Made by a program: the position numbers and the translations under genes
Part shown: positions 9,109-17,321 of the stretch, in pieces
How the letters are laid out: every line of letters begins with the position of its first letter
Numbering within the stretch: position 1 is the stretch's first letter
Notes under the pieces: model-generated
Seen by the model: only the letters and a program-made list of their open reading frames with translations
The model's database searches: none
Told to the model about the DNA's origin: nothing
IMG/VR virus record: IMGVR_UViG_3300008448_000588
Span: 1-24,977 of that record
DNA: 24,977 nucleotides
Direction: 5' to 3' (one strand)
DNA from: a virus
Taxonomy: Duplodnaviria; Caudoviricetes

Positions 9109-10307
9109 CAGTTAAGTTGTGATGTGTATGAATATGTTCTCTCAATGGTGATCTGCTCTTGTATCAAGCCATCTCTCCTCCTTGTCTTGAATTGATATGA
9201 GCTGTTGGTGATATTCACTGGCTCGAACTCTGTGCCATTCTCTTGCTCAAGATATACAACAGGTGATTCATACAAGCTCCTCACAAGCCATTGCTGGACC
9301 TCTTGACTGATCCAGTCACTGTTGAGAATCAGCTGATCTGTTGCCCTCTTTGCAAAGGTAACTCTCTCACCTTGATACAATGGATAAGTATATGATGTAT
9401 TATCCCAGACTCCCTTCTCTCTCTGATATCCATAACTCTCAACATTGGTTGAATCAACAGATACCAAGGTGAAGGTGAATGAATCCCACACACCAAACTT
9501 GTTGAGCCAGTGTAATCTCTTGGTGTCATATCTGTGGCACTCAAGATCAATGTCAATTCTGAAAGCCTCTGATGCTCCAGAATAAGCCCCTCCTCCTGTT
9601 GGCCTTGCCTCAATGGTGTAATATGCAGCCGCATCAAAGTTGCCTTGTGTGATGCTGGTATTTGCAATGATGGTTGATGGTGATGCATCAAACACAATAA
9701 AGTTGCTCAAGGTCACAGCCACAAGATCTGTTGCAATCTGTGTGTTTGAACTGTTATATATTCTGACTCTGAGATTCATCCCTGTGTCATCACAGATGAT
9801 GCCCAGAAATACCCTCTCATCCAAGCCACAATAATATCTCTTGGCTCTTGGCCATGATGTCAAGAACAATCTTGGTGATGTGCTGTTGTTGGTATCTGCA
9901 TTATAATTCTGATAATCAAAGTCAATCCAATCAGGATGCCTCAATGAGCCATTGAATGCATACAATGTTGCACTTGTATCACTGGCTTGAGTTGTCGGAG
10001 TTGCTCCATATTTCTCATATACAATGATGTAATATTCATTTATGGCTGAATCATAGAATGTTGTCAATGTGCCATCCACAATCAAAGGGCTTGACAATGT
10101 TGATGACAAGATACCAGAACAATCAAACTTGCTCAAGGTGTTGAATTGTCTGAACACCTGATGTGTTGAATGCAATGATCCATTCACATACACCTCAACA
10201 ATGAATGAGAAATTAGGTTGTGCTGTCTCATCTGATGAGAATGTGAACATCAAAGGATTCCCAGCTGTGCTGTATTTTTGTGGCTCATCATATATTGTTA
10301 CTGCCAT
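9108..10307 (-). CDS. Tail structural protein (distal-tail-like)
   Basis: 399 aa with C-terminal LHWLNKFGVWDSFTF...LILNSDWI...LYESPVVYL motifs. Located between the neck-like and tail-tip genes. Confidence 0.6.
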   Translation of the reverse strand: MAVTIYDEPQKYSTAGNPLMFTFSSDETAQPNFSFIVEVYVNGSLHSTHQVFRQFNTLSKFDCSGILSSTLSSPLIVDGTLTTFYDSAINEYYIIVYEKYGATPTTQASDTSATLYAFNGSLRHPDWIDFDYQNYNADTNNSTSPRLFLTSWPRAKRYYCGLDERVFLGIICDDTGMNLRVRIYNSSNTQIATDLVAVTLSNFIVFDASPSTIIANTSITQGNFDAAAYYTIEARPTGGGAYSGASEAFRIDIDLECHRYDTKRLHWLNKFGVWDSFTFTLVSVDSTNVESYGYQREKGVWDNTSYTYPLYQGERVTFAKRATDQLILNSDWISQEVQQWLVRSLYESPVVYLEQENGTEFEPVNITNSSYQFKTRRRDGLIQEQITIERTYSYTSQLN

Positions 10308-10828
10308 GTTTTTGTGTTTTTAGTGAATGTGATATCAAAGAGCAATCCTGTCACTGTTGCCAGGTCAGAGGCAATCCTCTCAAGATAATCATCAGTGATT
10401 GTGCTTGTTGTTATGTTCCTTGGCTTGAGTCCTGATGTTGTCTTCATATGGCTTGCTATTGCATAGGCCTGTGACATGTCCATGCCTTTCCATTGCTGGA
10501 TGGCCTTGGCATGATTGGAGCTCACTCCAGGATATTGGAATGAATAAGGTGTATCATACAAACTCTTGCCAACTGGATTGACACCCTCATCAATGAACTT
10601 GTAATAATCATCAGCCTGAATCTCAAAGCTCAACTGACCTGTTGGAAAGTAAACAACTGACTGAGCCAAGGCCCCTGTGTTTCTTGCCTTGCTGGAGATT
10701 GTCTCTCTCAGATCCTCTGTGACCTTGTTGGCAAGATCAAGAATGAATCTCTCATATGCATTTGCTGGCTGAGATGCATCACTCTCAGAGACACCAAACT
10801 GGTCAAGAAAGTCAAATTCATCAGCCAT
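10298..10828 (-). CDS. Putative neck / tail-completion protein (HK97 gp10-like)
   Basis: NTGALAQSV...DYYKFIDEGV...AYAIA...GLKPRN motif pattern. Confidence 0.5.
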   Translation of the reverse strand: MADEFDFLDQFGVSESDASQPANAYERFILDLANKVTEDLRETISSKARNTGALAQSVVYFPTGQLSFEIQADDYYKFIDEGVNPVGKSLYDTPYSFQYPGVSSNHAKAIQQWKGMDMSQAYAIASHMKTTSGLKPRNITTSTITDDYLERIASDLATVTGLLFDITFTKNTKTWQ

Positions 10829-11087
10829 GCTCTTTGTTTATTATGCGTTTTTGTTCATCAGCAATCTTGAAATAATTCATCCAGAACAATGTTTTCACAT
10901 ATGGCTGTTTTGTAATTCCTTCCACACTGCATCCCATCTCTCTTGATAATCTATGGATGATTCCTGTCCAGAGGAACCATTCTGAATCTTTAACTCTTGC
11001 TCCAGTATCATCCTCTCCATCATCATCCTCGCTGTCTGTATCCCCAAAATAGCGAGCCTCCGCTTTTCTAAGCTGGCCAAAAAAAAA
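10821..11087 (-). CDS. -1 frame extension of the 10895..11608 gene (frameshift product, about 262 aa total)
   Basis: After the T9 run the -1 frame reads FGQLRKAEARYFGDTDSEDDDGEDDTGARVKDSEWFLWTGIIHRLSREMGCSVEGITKQPYVKTLFWMNYFKIADEQKRIINKEHG*. Its stop overlaps the start of the next gene. Confidence 0.65.
   Translation of the reverse strand, partial: FFFGQLRKAEARYFGDTDSEDDDGEDDTGARVKDSEWFLWTGIIHRLSREMGCSVEGITKQPYVKTLFWMNYFKIADEQKRIINKEHG
10839..10856 (-). promoter_or_regulatory. Candidate phage late promoter GAACA-N6-CATAATA
   Basis: Minus strand GAACA AAAACG CATAATA, 10 nt before the ATG at 10828. Confidence 0.65.
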
Positions 11088-11608
11088 GCGTAGAAATTTA
11101 AGAACTCATCACCAGGGAAATGCTCTCTGAATATCAGATACCTCTTTTCATTAGGATTGAGCACTCTGCCTCTCTCATCCTCTTGGCAATACTCCATGCC
11201 ATCCTCAACATACATGATTGACAATGGTGCCCAAGGATCAGCACTGATGTCCTCAATCAGTTTCAAGTCAATGATCTGACCTGTTGTGACATGGGCAAAG
11301 TTTTTCTCAAGCCTGTACTTTTGGCCCTGTATCTCAATGACCTCCTCTGGCTCTTTCTGTTGGTATTGGCTGATGATTGTGAATATATGCTTGCTGGCCT
11401 CCATGATTGAATCAGGAACAGCCTTCTTGACTTTGTTCACTGGCAACCTTGAGAATATGCTCACAACTTGACAATGGAATTCAAGTATCTCTGTAAGTGA
11501 CCTCTCATTAATGGTTGATAATGTGTCACTTACCATGAGCCACTTGTACATCATATCAGCCCCACATTCCTTGATGCTTACTGGTAGTTTTATGTTGAAA
11601 TCTTTCAT
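10895..11608 (-). CDS. Putative tail assembly chaperone-like protein (0-frame product)
   Basis: Start taken at 11608 (ATGA overlap with the terminase stop; MKDFNIKLP). Contains TTGQIIDL and a YAFFL slippery site. Confidence 0.55.
   Translation of the reverse strand: MKDFNIKLPVSIKECGADMMYKWLMVSDTLSTINERSLTEILEFHCQVVSIFSRLPVNKVKKAVPDSIMEASKHIFTIISQYQQKEPEEVIEIQGQKYRLEKNFAHVTTGQIIDLKLIEDISADPWAPLSIMYVEDGMEYCQEDERGRVLNPNEKRYLIFREHFPGDEFLNFYAFFLASLEKRRLAILGIQTARMMMERMILEQELKIQNGSSGQESSIDYQERWDAVWKELQNSHM
11079..11087 (-). other. Slippery sequence T TTT TTT TT (programmed -1 frameshift candidate)
   Basis: Run of 9 A on the plus strand with an open, protein-like -1 frame downstream. Confidence 0.6.
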
Positions 11609-12807
11609 GCTCTGATCACTTGATATCTGCCTTTGTTCTGTTGTGTTTTGCGACAATGCCATGCAAGAGCCAAGCTCATTACACCATCATCATGCAATCC
11701 AATTGGAGCTGAGTATTGCACAGCCCTGGTATTCACGTTGTAAATATAGGTAAAATTCTCAAGCTCGTCAACCAACCAATCAACATCTTGCAAGGAGATC
11801 TCTCTCTGTTCAAATGCCATGGCAAGATCCTCAATGATGATGGGCTTGCTCTTGGATGTTGTTGTGAATGGCACAATCAGATTGCGACACTTGTCTCTGA
11901 GCATCTCATGGAATACATCTCCTTGGTTGTTGATCTCAATCAGTGTTGTTGCTCTGTGCCTATTGATGACATCAGCAACTGAGTCAATGATCTTGGTCCA
12001 CTCCTGGTGCCTCCATCTGTTGACATAGACCTGTTGACCATCCTCATCCAATATATTGAGCACAGTGTAGTCATCAGCTCGGCCAATGTCCAAGCCAGCA
12101 TATGCCTTGGCTCCTGGAGATATTGGCTTGATGCAATCTCTGATGTTCTTGAATAAACCAGAGCCATTGTCAAGGAACTCTGCCAGATACTCCTGTCTGA
12201 ATATGTGATCAGGAAGGGATCTCTTTCTCTCATCCAATTCTCTTGGATCAATCATGGGATTGTCATATGAGGAGTAATGGAAATATGCATACCTATCATC
12301 ATAGTTGTGTTGCATACAGATCCTGTGGAAATGATTCTTGCCCTTGGGTGTTGAGATGAATATCACCTTCTTTCCTTTTACCATAACTGTTGCACTGAGC
12401 ACCTCATCCCACAGCTCTGCTCTGGTGAATGCCATCTCATCCACAACCATATAGTCAAAGGTATTCCCTCTGATGTTGTCTGGTCTCTCTCCAGAAAAGA
12501 ACTCAATGGATGATCCAAAGCCTGTTACAATCAGATCAGACTTGTTGAATGTGAATAGTCCACTCCTTGTGACTGCTCTCTCCAGCTCTGAGAATACTTT
12601 CTTGCCTTGCTTGTAAACTGGTGTGATCCAGGCAATCTTGCATCCTTTGTCATTTATGGCCCAGTACAAAAGCTGGTTGATTCCAAGCAAGGTCTTTCCG
12701 AACTGCCTACCAATGTTCAGAGCATAATATTTCTCATGCCCATGGTTGATGGCATCATGGATCTCTCTCTGTGTTTTGTGAGGCTTGTACCCTTTGACTG
12801 TTGTCAT
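11605..12807 (-). CDS. terL: Terminase large subunit
   Basis: Walker A GRQFGKT, Walker B YMVVDE, ISTPKG coupling motif, FRQEYLAEF, nuclease GLDIG...D and HDDGVMSLALA. Confidence 0.93.
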   Translation of the reverse strand: MTTVKGYKPHKTQREIHDAINHGHEKYYALNIGRQFGKTLLGINQLLYWAINDKGCKIAWITPVYKQGKKVFSELERAVTRSGLFTFNKSDLIVTGFGSSIEFFSGERPDNIRGNTFDYMVVDEMAFTRAELWDEVLSATVMVKGKKVIFISTPKGKNHFHRICMQHNYDDRYAYFHYSSYDNPMIDPRELDERKRSLPDHIFRQEYLAEFLDNGSGLFKNIRDCIKPISPGAKAYAGLDIGRADDYTVLNILDEDGQQVYVNRWRHQEWTKIIDSVADVINRHRATTLIEINNQGDVFHEMLRDKCRNLIVPFTTTSKSKPIIIEDLAMAFEQREISLQDVDWLVDELENFTYIYNVNTRAVQYSAPIGLHDDGVMSLALAWHCRKTQQNKGRYQVIRA

Positions 12808-12811
12808 TAAA

Positions 12812-12819
12812 CAAAGTTA
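12812..12819 (-). promoter_or_regulatory. Possible Bacteroidota -7 box (TAACTTTG) just before terL
   Basis: TAnnTTTG match 4 nt upstream of the ATG at 12807. Confidence 0.35.
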
Positions 12820-12821
12820 AG

Positions 12822-12903
12822 AAAAAAACCCGCTAAGTGTGGGCGACCAGGGATTCCCTAATCCATTAACCATAGCGGGTGTATTAAATCGAATCACTCG
12901 ATT
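12822..12903 (-). other. Structured intergenic element: ACCCGCTA/TAGCGGGT stem followed by a T-tract, plus a second hairpin
   Basis: Inverted repeats at 12828-12835/12873-12880 with an A7 run at 12822-12828, and an AATCGA/TCGATT hairpin at 12887-12903. Confidence 0.5.
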
Positions 12904-12925
12904 CATTGAAAGTCGGATTTCAAAT

Positions 12926-12955
12926 CAAAGATAAGTAATTTTATTCAAAATCAAA
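12926..12955 (-). promoter_or_regulatory. Bacteroidota sigma-70-type promoter TTTG-N18-TATCTTTG
   Basis: -33 TTTG (12952-12955) and -7 TATCTTTG (12926-12933) firing into the terS-terL intergenic element. Confidence 0.5.
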
Positions 12956-13339
12956 GTTCTCAACATTCCTGGTTTCAACTTGTTGCCTGTCATGCATGCC
13001 AAGAGCATTCTTTGCGTAGAAAATTCCCTTGCCCTCATTGGCAACAATGTCCTTTGCTAAGCCTTTAAAGAGCTCATCAATTGTTTTTATAGTGTTCGAT
13101 AATGGATGACTTTCATCATTCATTGCATCATACCAGTTTGTTCTTTTGTAAAAATCAAAATGTTCTCTTCTCAGGTAGTGATTCAAAAAGTATGATATTG
13201 TTGGGATATGTCTCTCAGCAACTTTTTTCACTCCAGAATTTGTTGCAACTTCTTTTGTTGATGCAATACAAAAATCACAATAGCCAAAAGCCTTGGATAA
13301 TAGATCATCCTTATCAATATTTCTATATTGATTAGACAT
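12941..13339 (-). CDS. terS: Terminase small subunit (probable)
   Basis: 132 aa immediately upstream of terL. HIPTI...GIFYAKNALGMHDRQQV resembles the C-terminus of DNA-packaging small subunits. Confidence 0.7.
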   Translation of the reverse strand: MSNQYRNIDKDDLLSKAFGYCDFCIASTKEVATNSGVKKVAERHIPTISYFLNHYLRREHFDFYKRTNWYDAMNDESHPLSNTIKTIDELFKGLAKDIVANEGKGIFYAKNALGMHDRQQVETRNVENFDFE

Positions 13340-13349
13340 AATTATTTAT

Positions 13350-13367
13350 TATTATATAAGTGTGTTC
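13350..13367 (-). promoter_or_regulatory. Candidate phage late promoter GAACA-N6-TATAATA
   Basis: Minus strand GAACA CACTTA TATAATA, 10 nt before the terS ATG. Confidence 0.65.
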
Positions 13368-14437
13368 TATTTGCAATATTTAATGTAAAACGTATATGGC
13401 ACAACTTTGAGCTTTGCAAGTATCCAGATCAATGCTCTGTATTTCTTGAAATCGTATTTATCAAAGTTCTTTCTGTCCAGCTTTCTGATGGAGATCAGTT
13501 TCATGACTCTCTGCTCAATGGCTCCCAGTTTGGTTGTGTCGAATGTTGATGGCTGATTGAATATGGCAAGAGCCTCCTCTTTCTTGAGCTTGCCACTTCT
13601 CACCTGTGCTGAGAGATAAACAATTCTTTTATCAATTCCGAACTTTACAGGCAATAGATATGATCCAACAAACTCAGTGTAAACATTCTCACAATGCTTG
13701 CCTCCATAATCTTGCCAGTTGATGAATCTTTTCATCTCCTCCTCCATTGACTCACGATCCCACTTGTAATGGAATGGCCTCACATTTTTGATGCCCATCA
13801 GAGCATAGAACAATTGGTCCTTGAATGTGAATAATGGATAGTTATGAAGCTCAAGGCCACTGTACTTGTTGTAAACTGATCGGATGTATTTTGCATCCAT
13901 GTATGTCCATCCCTTTGGAGTTGATCCCTCTGTTCTGAAATCATGGCCATTGAGAATGTACTTGATGCCATATTTGTGAGCTGTGTCATACATCAGCTTA
14001 GTCATGGCAATGTCATTTGGTATATCTGCATCAGGAAGGCCAGCCCACAGGAATGCATCATTGAGCCTGTCATATTCACTCTTGTTGACTTGGTATGTGA
14101 TGCAATCAACTCCGAGCTTTTGGACCAGCTGTGTCATGTTGTGGACAGCCTCTGGAGCATTCCAGTTGTTGTCAAAGTGAATGACCAAAGGTCTGAGATT
14201 CCAATATCTGACTGCTGCATATAGCAATGTTGATGAGTCCAGTCCTCCAGAGATCCCCATGATACAGTTATATTTTTTCTTTCTGCCTGTCCATCTGATG
14301 GATTCCAGGAGATTATCAAGGGCACCAGGTCCTGATGCTTGTCTCTCCAGCTCGTCATGGAGATCACAGTATTCACATTGATGCTCTCCTATCTCTGCAA
14401 AAGAGTCATTAAATAAACAGCGTTGACATTCTTTCAT
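13367..14437 (-). CDS. N-acetyl sugar amidotransferase (WbpG/WbuX-like, PP-loop family)
   Basis: N-terminal CxxC...CxxC, YNCIMGISGGLDSS PP-loop, VIHFDNNWN, YILNGH and WQDYGGKHCEN motifs. Confidence 0.85.
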   Translation of the reverse strand: MKECQRCLFNDSFAEIGEHQCEYCDLHDELERQASGPGALDNLLESIRWTGRKKKYNCIMGISGGLDSSTLLYAAVRYWNLRPLVIHFDNNWNAPEAVHNMTQLVQKLGVDCITYQVNKSEYDRLNDAFLWAGLPDADIPNDIAMTKLMYDTAHKYGIKYILNGHDFRTEGSTPKGWTYMDAKYIRSVYNKYSGLELHNYPLFTFKDQLFYALMGIKNVRPFHYKWDRESMEEEMKRFINWQDYGGKHCENVYTEFVGSYLLPVKFGIDKRIVYLSAQVRSGKLKKEEALAIFNQPSTFDTTKLGAIEQRVMKLISIRKLDRKNFDKYDFKKYRALIWILAKLKVVPYTFYIKYCK

Positions 14438-15149
14438 AGTTCACAAATGTATGATAAATTTTTGATACTTCTTTATTACTAAATTCTCTCAGTGAATATT
14501 CCAGCATTATGTTGTTGCATATATCATCCACTGAATGCCAGGGAATTGATGCTGGCAGATCACCATTGTATATTGACCTTTTCCCCATGAGGCCCATCTC
14601 AATGTTGGTATTTGGGCAACCATCATGGGGTGTCAATCTGAGATTGAGAAAGCATTGAGAATACACACTGACCAGCTCCTCTCTTGAGAATGTGTCATGA
14701 CCAGCTCTGATGATTGGAATGTCAATTCTCTCTTTGATCTCATTGATCAGCTCCTGTCCATAGAACTCTGGGCTGTTGCCAGAATACCAGAATATCTTGT
14801 CACCATTTGGCACACATGGCCACATCTCAGCCTCAACAGCATTGAATGGATAAACCATGGCATCAACTCCCTTGCTCTCCAGTGTATCAGCCACTCGCTG
14901 AGATACTGCAATGTTGACAGCTGAGTTGAGAGTATCAACCCACTCCTCTCTGAGATCCATGGCATCTGATCCAAACCAGATGACTGTTGCTCCTCCGATA
15001 TGTTTTGAGAATAGGTTGAAATCCTCATATCTGTACATGCCCATGAATATTGCTGGAAAGATAAAATTGCTGTACGGCACCAGGTTGTATTTCTTGATGA
15101 GCCCTTTATCAAGGCCAGCAAGAGATTCTGAGATGTGTGCCTGATTCAT
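14409..15149 (-). CDS. Putative glycosyltransferase (GT-B / GT4-like)
   Basis: VIWFGSDA, NIAVS and SREELVSVYSQCFLNLRLTPHDGCPNTNIEMGLMGK (ExxGxxxxEA-like donor-binding motif). Confidence 0.6.
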   Translation of the reverse strand: MNQAHISESLAGLDKGLIKKYNLVPYSNFIFPAIFMGMYRYEDFNLFSKHIGGATVIWFGSDAMDLREEWVDTLNSAVNIAVSQRVADTLESKGVDAMVYPFNAVEAEMWPCVPNGDKIFWYSGNSPEFYGQELINEIKERIDIPIIRAGHDTFSREELVSVYSQCFLNLRLTPHDGCPNTNIEMGLMGKRSIYNGDLPASIPWHSVDDICNNIMLEYSLREFSNKEVSKIYHTFVNYERMSTLFI

Positions 15150-15844
15150 AGTGTGAATATCTCGTTAAAATTATTTTTCAACAGCTCATTGTTCATATGT
15201 GTTGACTTGAGAGCTCCTGACCAATGATCTGAGAATTTATGCTTGTTGGTCCATTTATCTGTACTAATTGACAAGAGTCTGACATCTTTCTCCTGATCCT
15301 TGATCACAGCAATCTCATCAACGAGTCTGATGGTCTTGAGATACATTGACCAATCGAGCCCTGATGATAGTCTTGGATCAAATGGTTGCCAGTTTATTTT
15401 TTGAAGGAGATCAGATCTGAGCACTCTGCCAATTCCTATTGGCTCATATTGTCGTTGGCCTTTGGCATATCCTGGCCAATGGACCAGTCTCACCTCATCA
15501 GACACATCAGCAAAGTGACAGCCAAGCATTCCAATGAATGGAAAGTCATTGAGAGCATCACTGACTGATTGAATGTAATCATCAGATGCCCAGTCAGAGG
15601 AGCCCATGAATATGACTCCATCAGGATTGTAACTCTTGCAAGCCATGAATCCAGCATTCCACTTGTTGCCAAGAGGATCATTGCTGATTGATATGAACTC
15701 AACATCCAATTCATTGGCAATGTCAAGAGCTTCTCTCTCATGGCCCATAATTATCGGAATGACTCCTTGCCTTATCAATCTGGAGATAGTGAGTCTGACA
15801 AGAGGAAAACGGCCAAAAACAGGGATTGGAGCACAAAGTTTCAT
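15146..15844 (-). CDS. Putative glycosyltransferase (GT-A / GT2-like)
   Basis: N-terminal IPVFGR, NDPLGNKWNAG, VIFMGSSDW (DxD position), IGIGR and GLDWSM. Confidence 0.6.
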   Translation of the reverse strand: MKLCAPIPVFGRFPLVRLTISRLIRQGVIPIIMGHEREALDIANELDVEFISISNDPLGNKWNAGFMACKSYNPDGVIFMGSSDWASDDYIQSVSDALNDFPFIGMLGCHFADVSDEVRLVHWPGYAKGQRQYEPIGIGRVLRSDLLQKINWQPFDPRLSSGLDWSMYLKTIRLVDEIAVIKDQEKDVRLLSISTDKWTNKHKFSDHWSGALKSTHMNNELLKNNFNEIFTL

Positions 15845-16188
15845 GAGAGGGCTTGTATTAAGTCTTGCTTGGTTGATGTGTTTGGCATGTTGATGCCTCT
15901 CCTCTTGGCCTCTGCCTTGAGTTGATTGAAGGTCATGGCTGTGATTGACTCTTGCTTGACTCCAATGAAATGAATCTTTGGGCTCTTTGGTGCCATCTCA
16001 GTCAGATAATAGTTGCTGAGTTTCTGCATAGCATTACGGATGCATGTTGCACAGCCGATGTTCAGTGTGCCATATCCAGCATATTTGTACCATTGAGCCA
16101 GCTCTCTCTTGAGAGGCCCATCCAAGGCAAAGGATCTGGTCTTGACATATCTGTCCACTTGTGTCTGGAGCTCGTTACTTATTTTCAT
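15841..16188 (-). CDS. Hypothetical protein with CxxC and a C-terminal HeH/SAP/Rho-N-like motif
   Basis: GCATC; MTFNQLKAEAKRRGI...TKQDLIQAL. Confidence 0.6.
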   Translation of the reverse strand: MKISNELQTQVDRYVKTRSFALDGPLKRELAQWYKYAGYGTLNIGCATCIRNAMQKLSNYYLTEMAPKSPKIHFIGVKQESITAMTFNQLKAEAKRRGINMPNTSTKQDLIQALS

Positions 16189-16384
16189 AAATCAAGATTA
16201 AGTCACTGATTAGATAAGAGAGGAAGCCAAGGGCACAGAGCCTCCATTCATACAAGGAAAAGATTGCTACTGTTGTCCAGAATGACATGCAGCTCTGACA
16301 ATTAAATGGTTTGATGTTGGGCATTGCAAAACTCTGGAGAGCTCTGGCAATCCCCACTGATAAAAGAGGAATTATGTATATCAT
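16175..16384 (-). CDS. Small membrane protein with KPFNCxxCxxFW motif
   Basis: Hydrophobic 69-aa ORF coupled to both neighbours. Confidence 0.6.
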   Translation of the reverse strand: MIYIIPLLSVGIARALQSFAMPNIKPFNCQSCMSFWTTVAIFSLYEWRLCALGFLSYLISDLILIYENK

Positions 16385-16820
16385 GTTTAAATTTATTTAT
16401 TGCTTTGTTGATAGTATCCAGGTTGATTCCTGTGAGGCCTTTGATTTCTCGGTAAGTCATGCCCATGAGTCTCATCTTGGTGATCTCTTTGCAGAACAGC
16501 TCCTCATCATTGTCAGGAGATTGCTCAAGGTAAGCATCCAGGATCTGTTGGTATTGACTCTCATTGTACACATCATCCTCTGCTATTTTGTCGAATCCTT
16601 CTGGGATGGGCACTGATCCTCTGTACAGCTGGTTGAACTTTGATTCTTTCCAGTTGTATTGGTTGTATGCCCACCTGGCGAATACACGAGGCAAATCCTG
16701 TGGCTTGATGTCGAGCTTTGCCAATAGTAGATAGACATGGGGCACAAGGTCATGGTGAAGGTGATTTCCTCCTGTGATCTTGTTTGCGATGATATAAGCC
16801 TCTTTTTTCCAGAATTCCAC
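16302..16820 (-). CDS. Sigma-factor-like / sigma region-4 HTH transcription regulator
   Basis: N-terminal IANKIT...HDLVPHVYL (ECF region-2-like) and C-terminal GMTYREIKGLTGINLDTINKAI HTH. Confidence 0.6.
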   Translation of the reverse strand: MEFWKKEAYIIANKITGGNHLHHDLVPHVYLLLAKLDIKPQDLPRVFARWAYNQYNWKESKFNQLYRGSVPIPEGFDKIAEDDVYNESQYQQILDAYLEQSPDNDEELFCKEITKMRLMGMTYREIKGLTGINLDTINKAINKFKHDIHNSSFISGDCQSSPEFCNAQHQTI

Positions 16821-16829
16821 ATCACTAAG

Positions 16830-17054
16830 TTATTGCTTTTTAACATACCAAGAAAACCATCTCTGATAAAAGTCATCATTGACATTCTTGCCAGTGAGGA
16901 ATCTGTGGATCTTGGATGGATTGACAGCAAGGTCCTCGGCCAAGTGAATGGCCTTGTATCTCCTGGAAAGCCTGGAGAGAGTTTCTCGAATCATCCAGTC
17001 CTTGATACTCTCTCCATCTTTTAGGGCAATTAAAAAATGCCTTGCACTTTCCAT
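16830..17054 (-). CDS. Small HTH (XRE-like) protein
   Basis: HLAEDLAVNPSKIHRFLTGK. The true start may be internal (MIRETL). Confidence 0.55.
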   Translation of the reverse strand: MESARHFLIALKDGESIKDWMIRETLSRLSRRYKAIHLAEDLAVNPSKIHRFLTGKNVNDDFYQRWFSWYVKKQ

Positions 17055-17314
17055 GCCTCTAATGTGTTAAAATATTTGACTTCACCTTTTGGGCTGAGCC
17101 ATTCTCTGCCTTTGAGATTAAATGACACCGTTACCTCCTCACCAACACCAAATGCATCAATCAGATCTGTTCTGTCATTGAGCAACTCAAATGTGATGAA
17201 TTGCTCATATTTGTCATCCATTGTCTTGACTGTGAATTGTCTTGTTGAGAATTTCTCTGATCTCTTTTGGATTGCTCCCTTGACATGCAAGATGCCCTTT
17301 ACTTCATAACTCAT
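17030..17314 (-). CDS. DUF3127-family protein (putative OB-fold ssDNA-binding)
   Basis: SEKFSTRQF...YEQFITFEL...GEEVTVSFNLKGREW...YFNTLEAWKV. Confidence 0.85.
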   Translation of the reverse strand: MSYEVKGILHVKGAIQKRSEKFSTRQFTVKTMDDKYEQFITFELLNDRTDLIDAFGVGEEVTVSFNLKGREWLSPKGEVKYFNTLEAWKVQGIF

Positions 17315-17321
17315 ATTTATT

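Noticed and set aside
13367-14437. QueC / 7-deazaguanine DNA-modification pathway
   Set aside because: It shares the SGGLDS PP-loop, but length and motifs (HFDNNWN, YGGKHCEN) fit N-acetyl sugar amidotransferases. No queD, queE, folE or dpdA is in the window.
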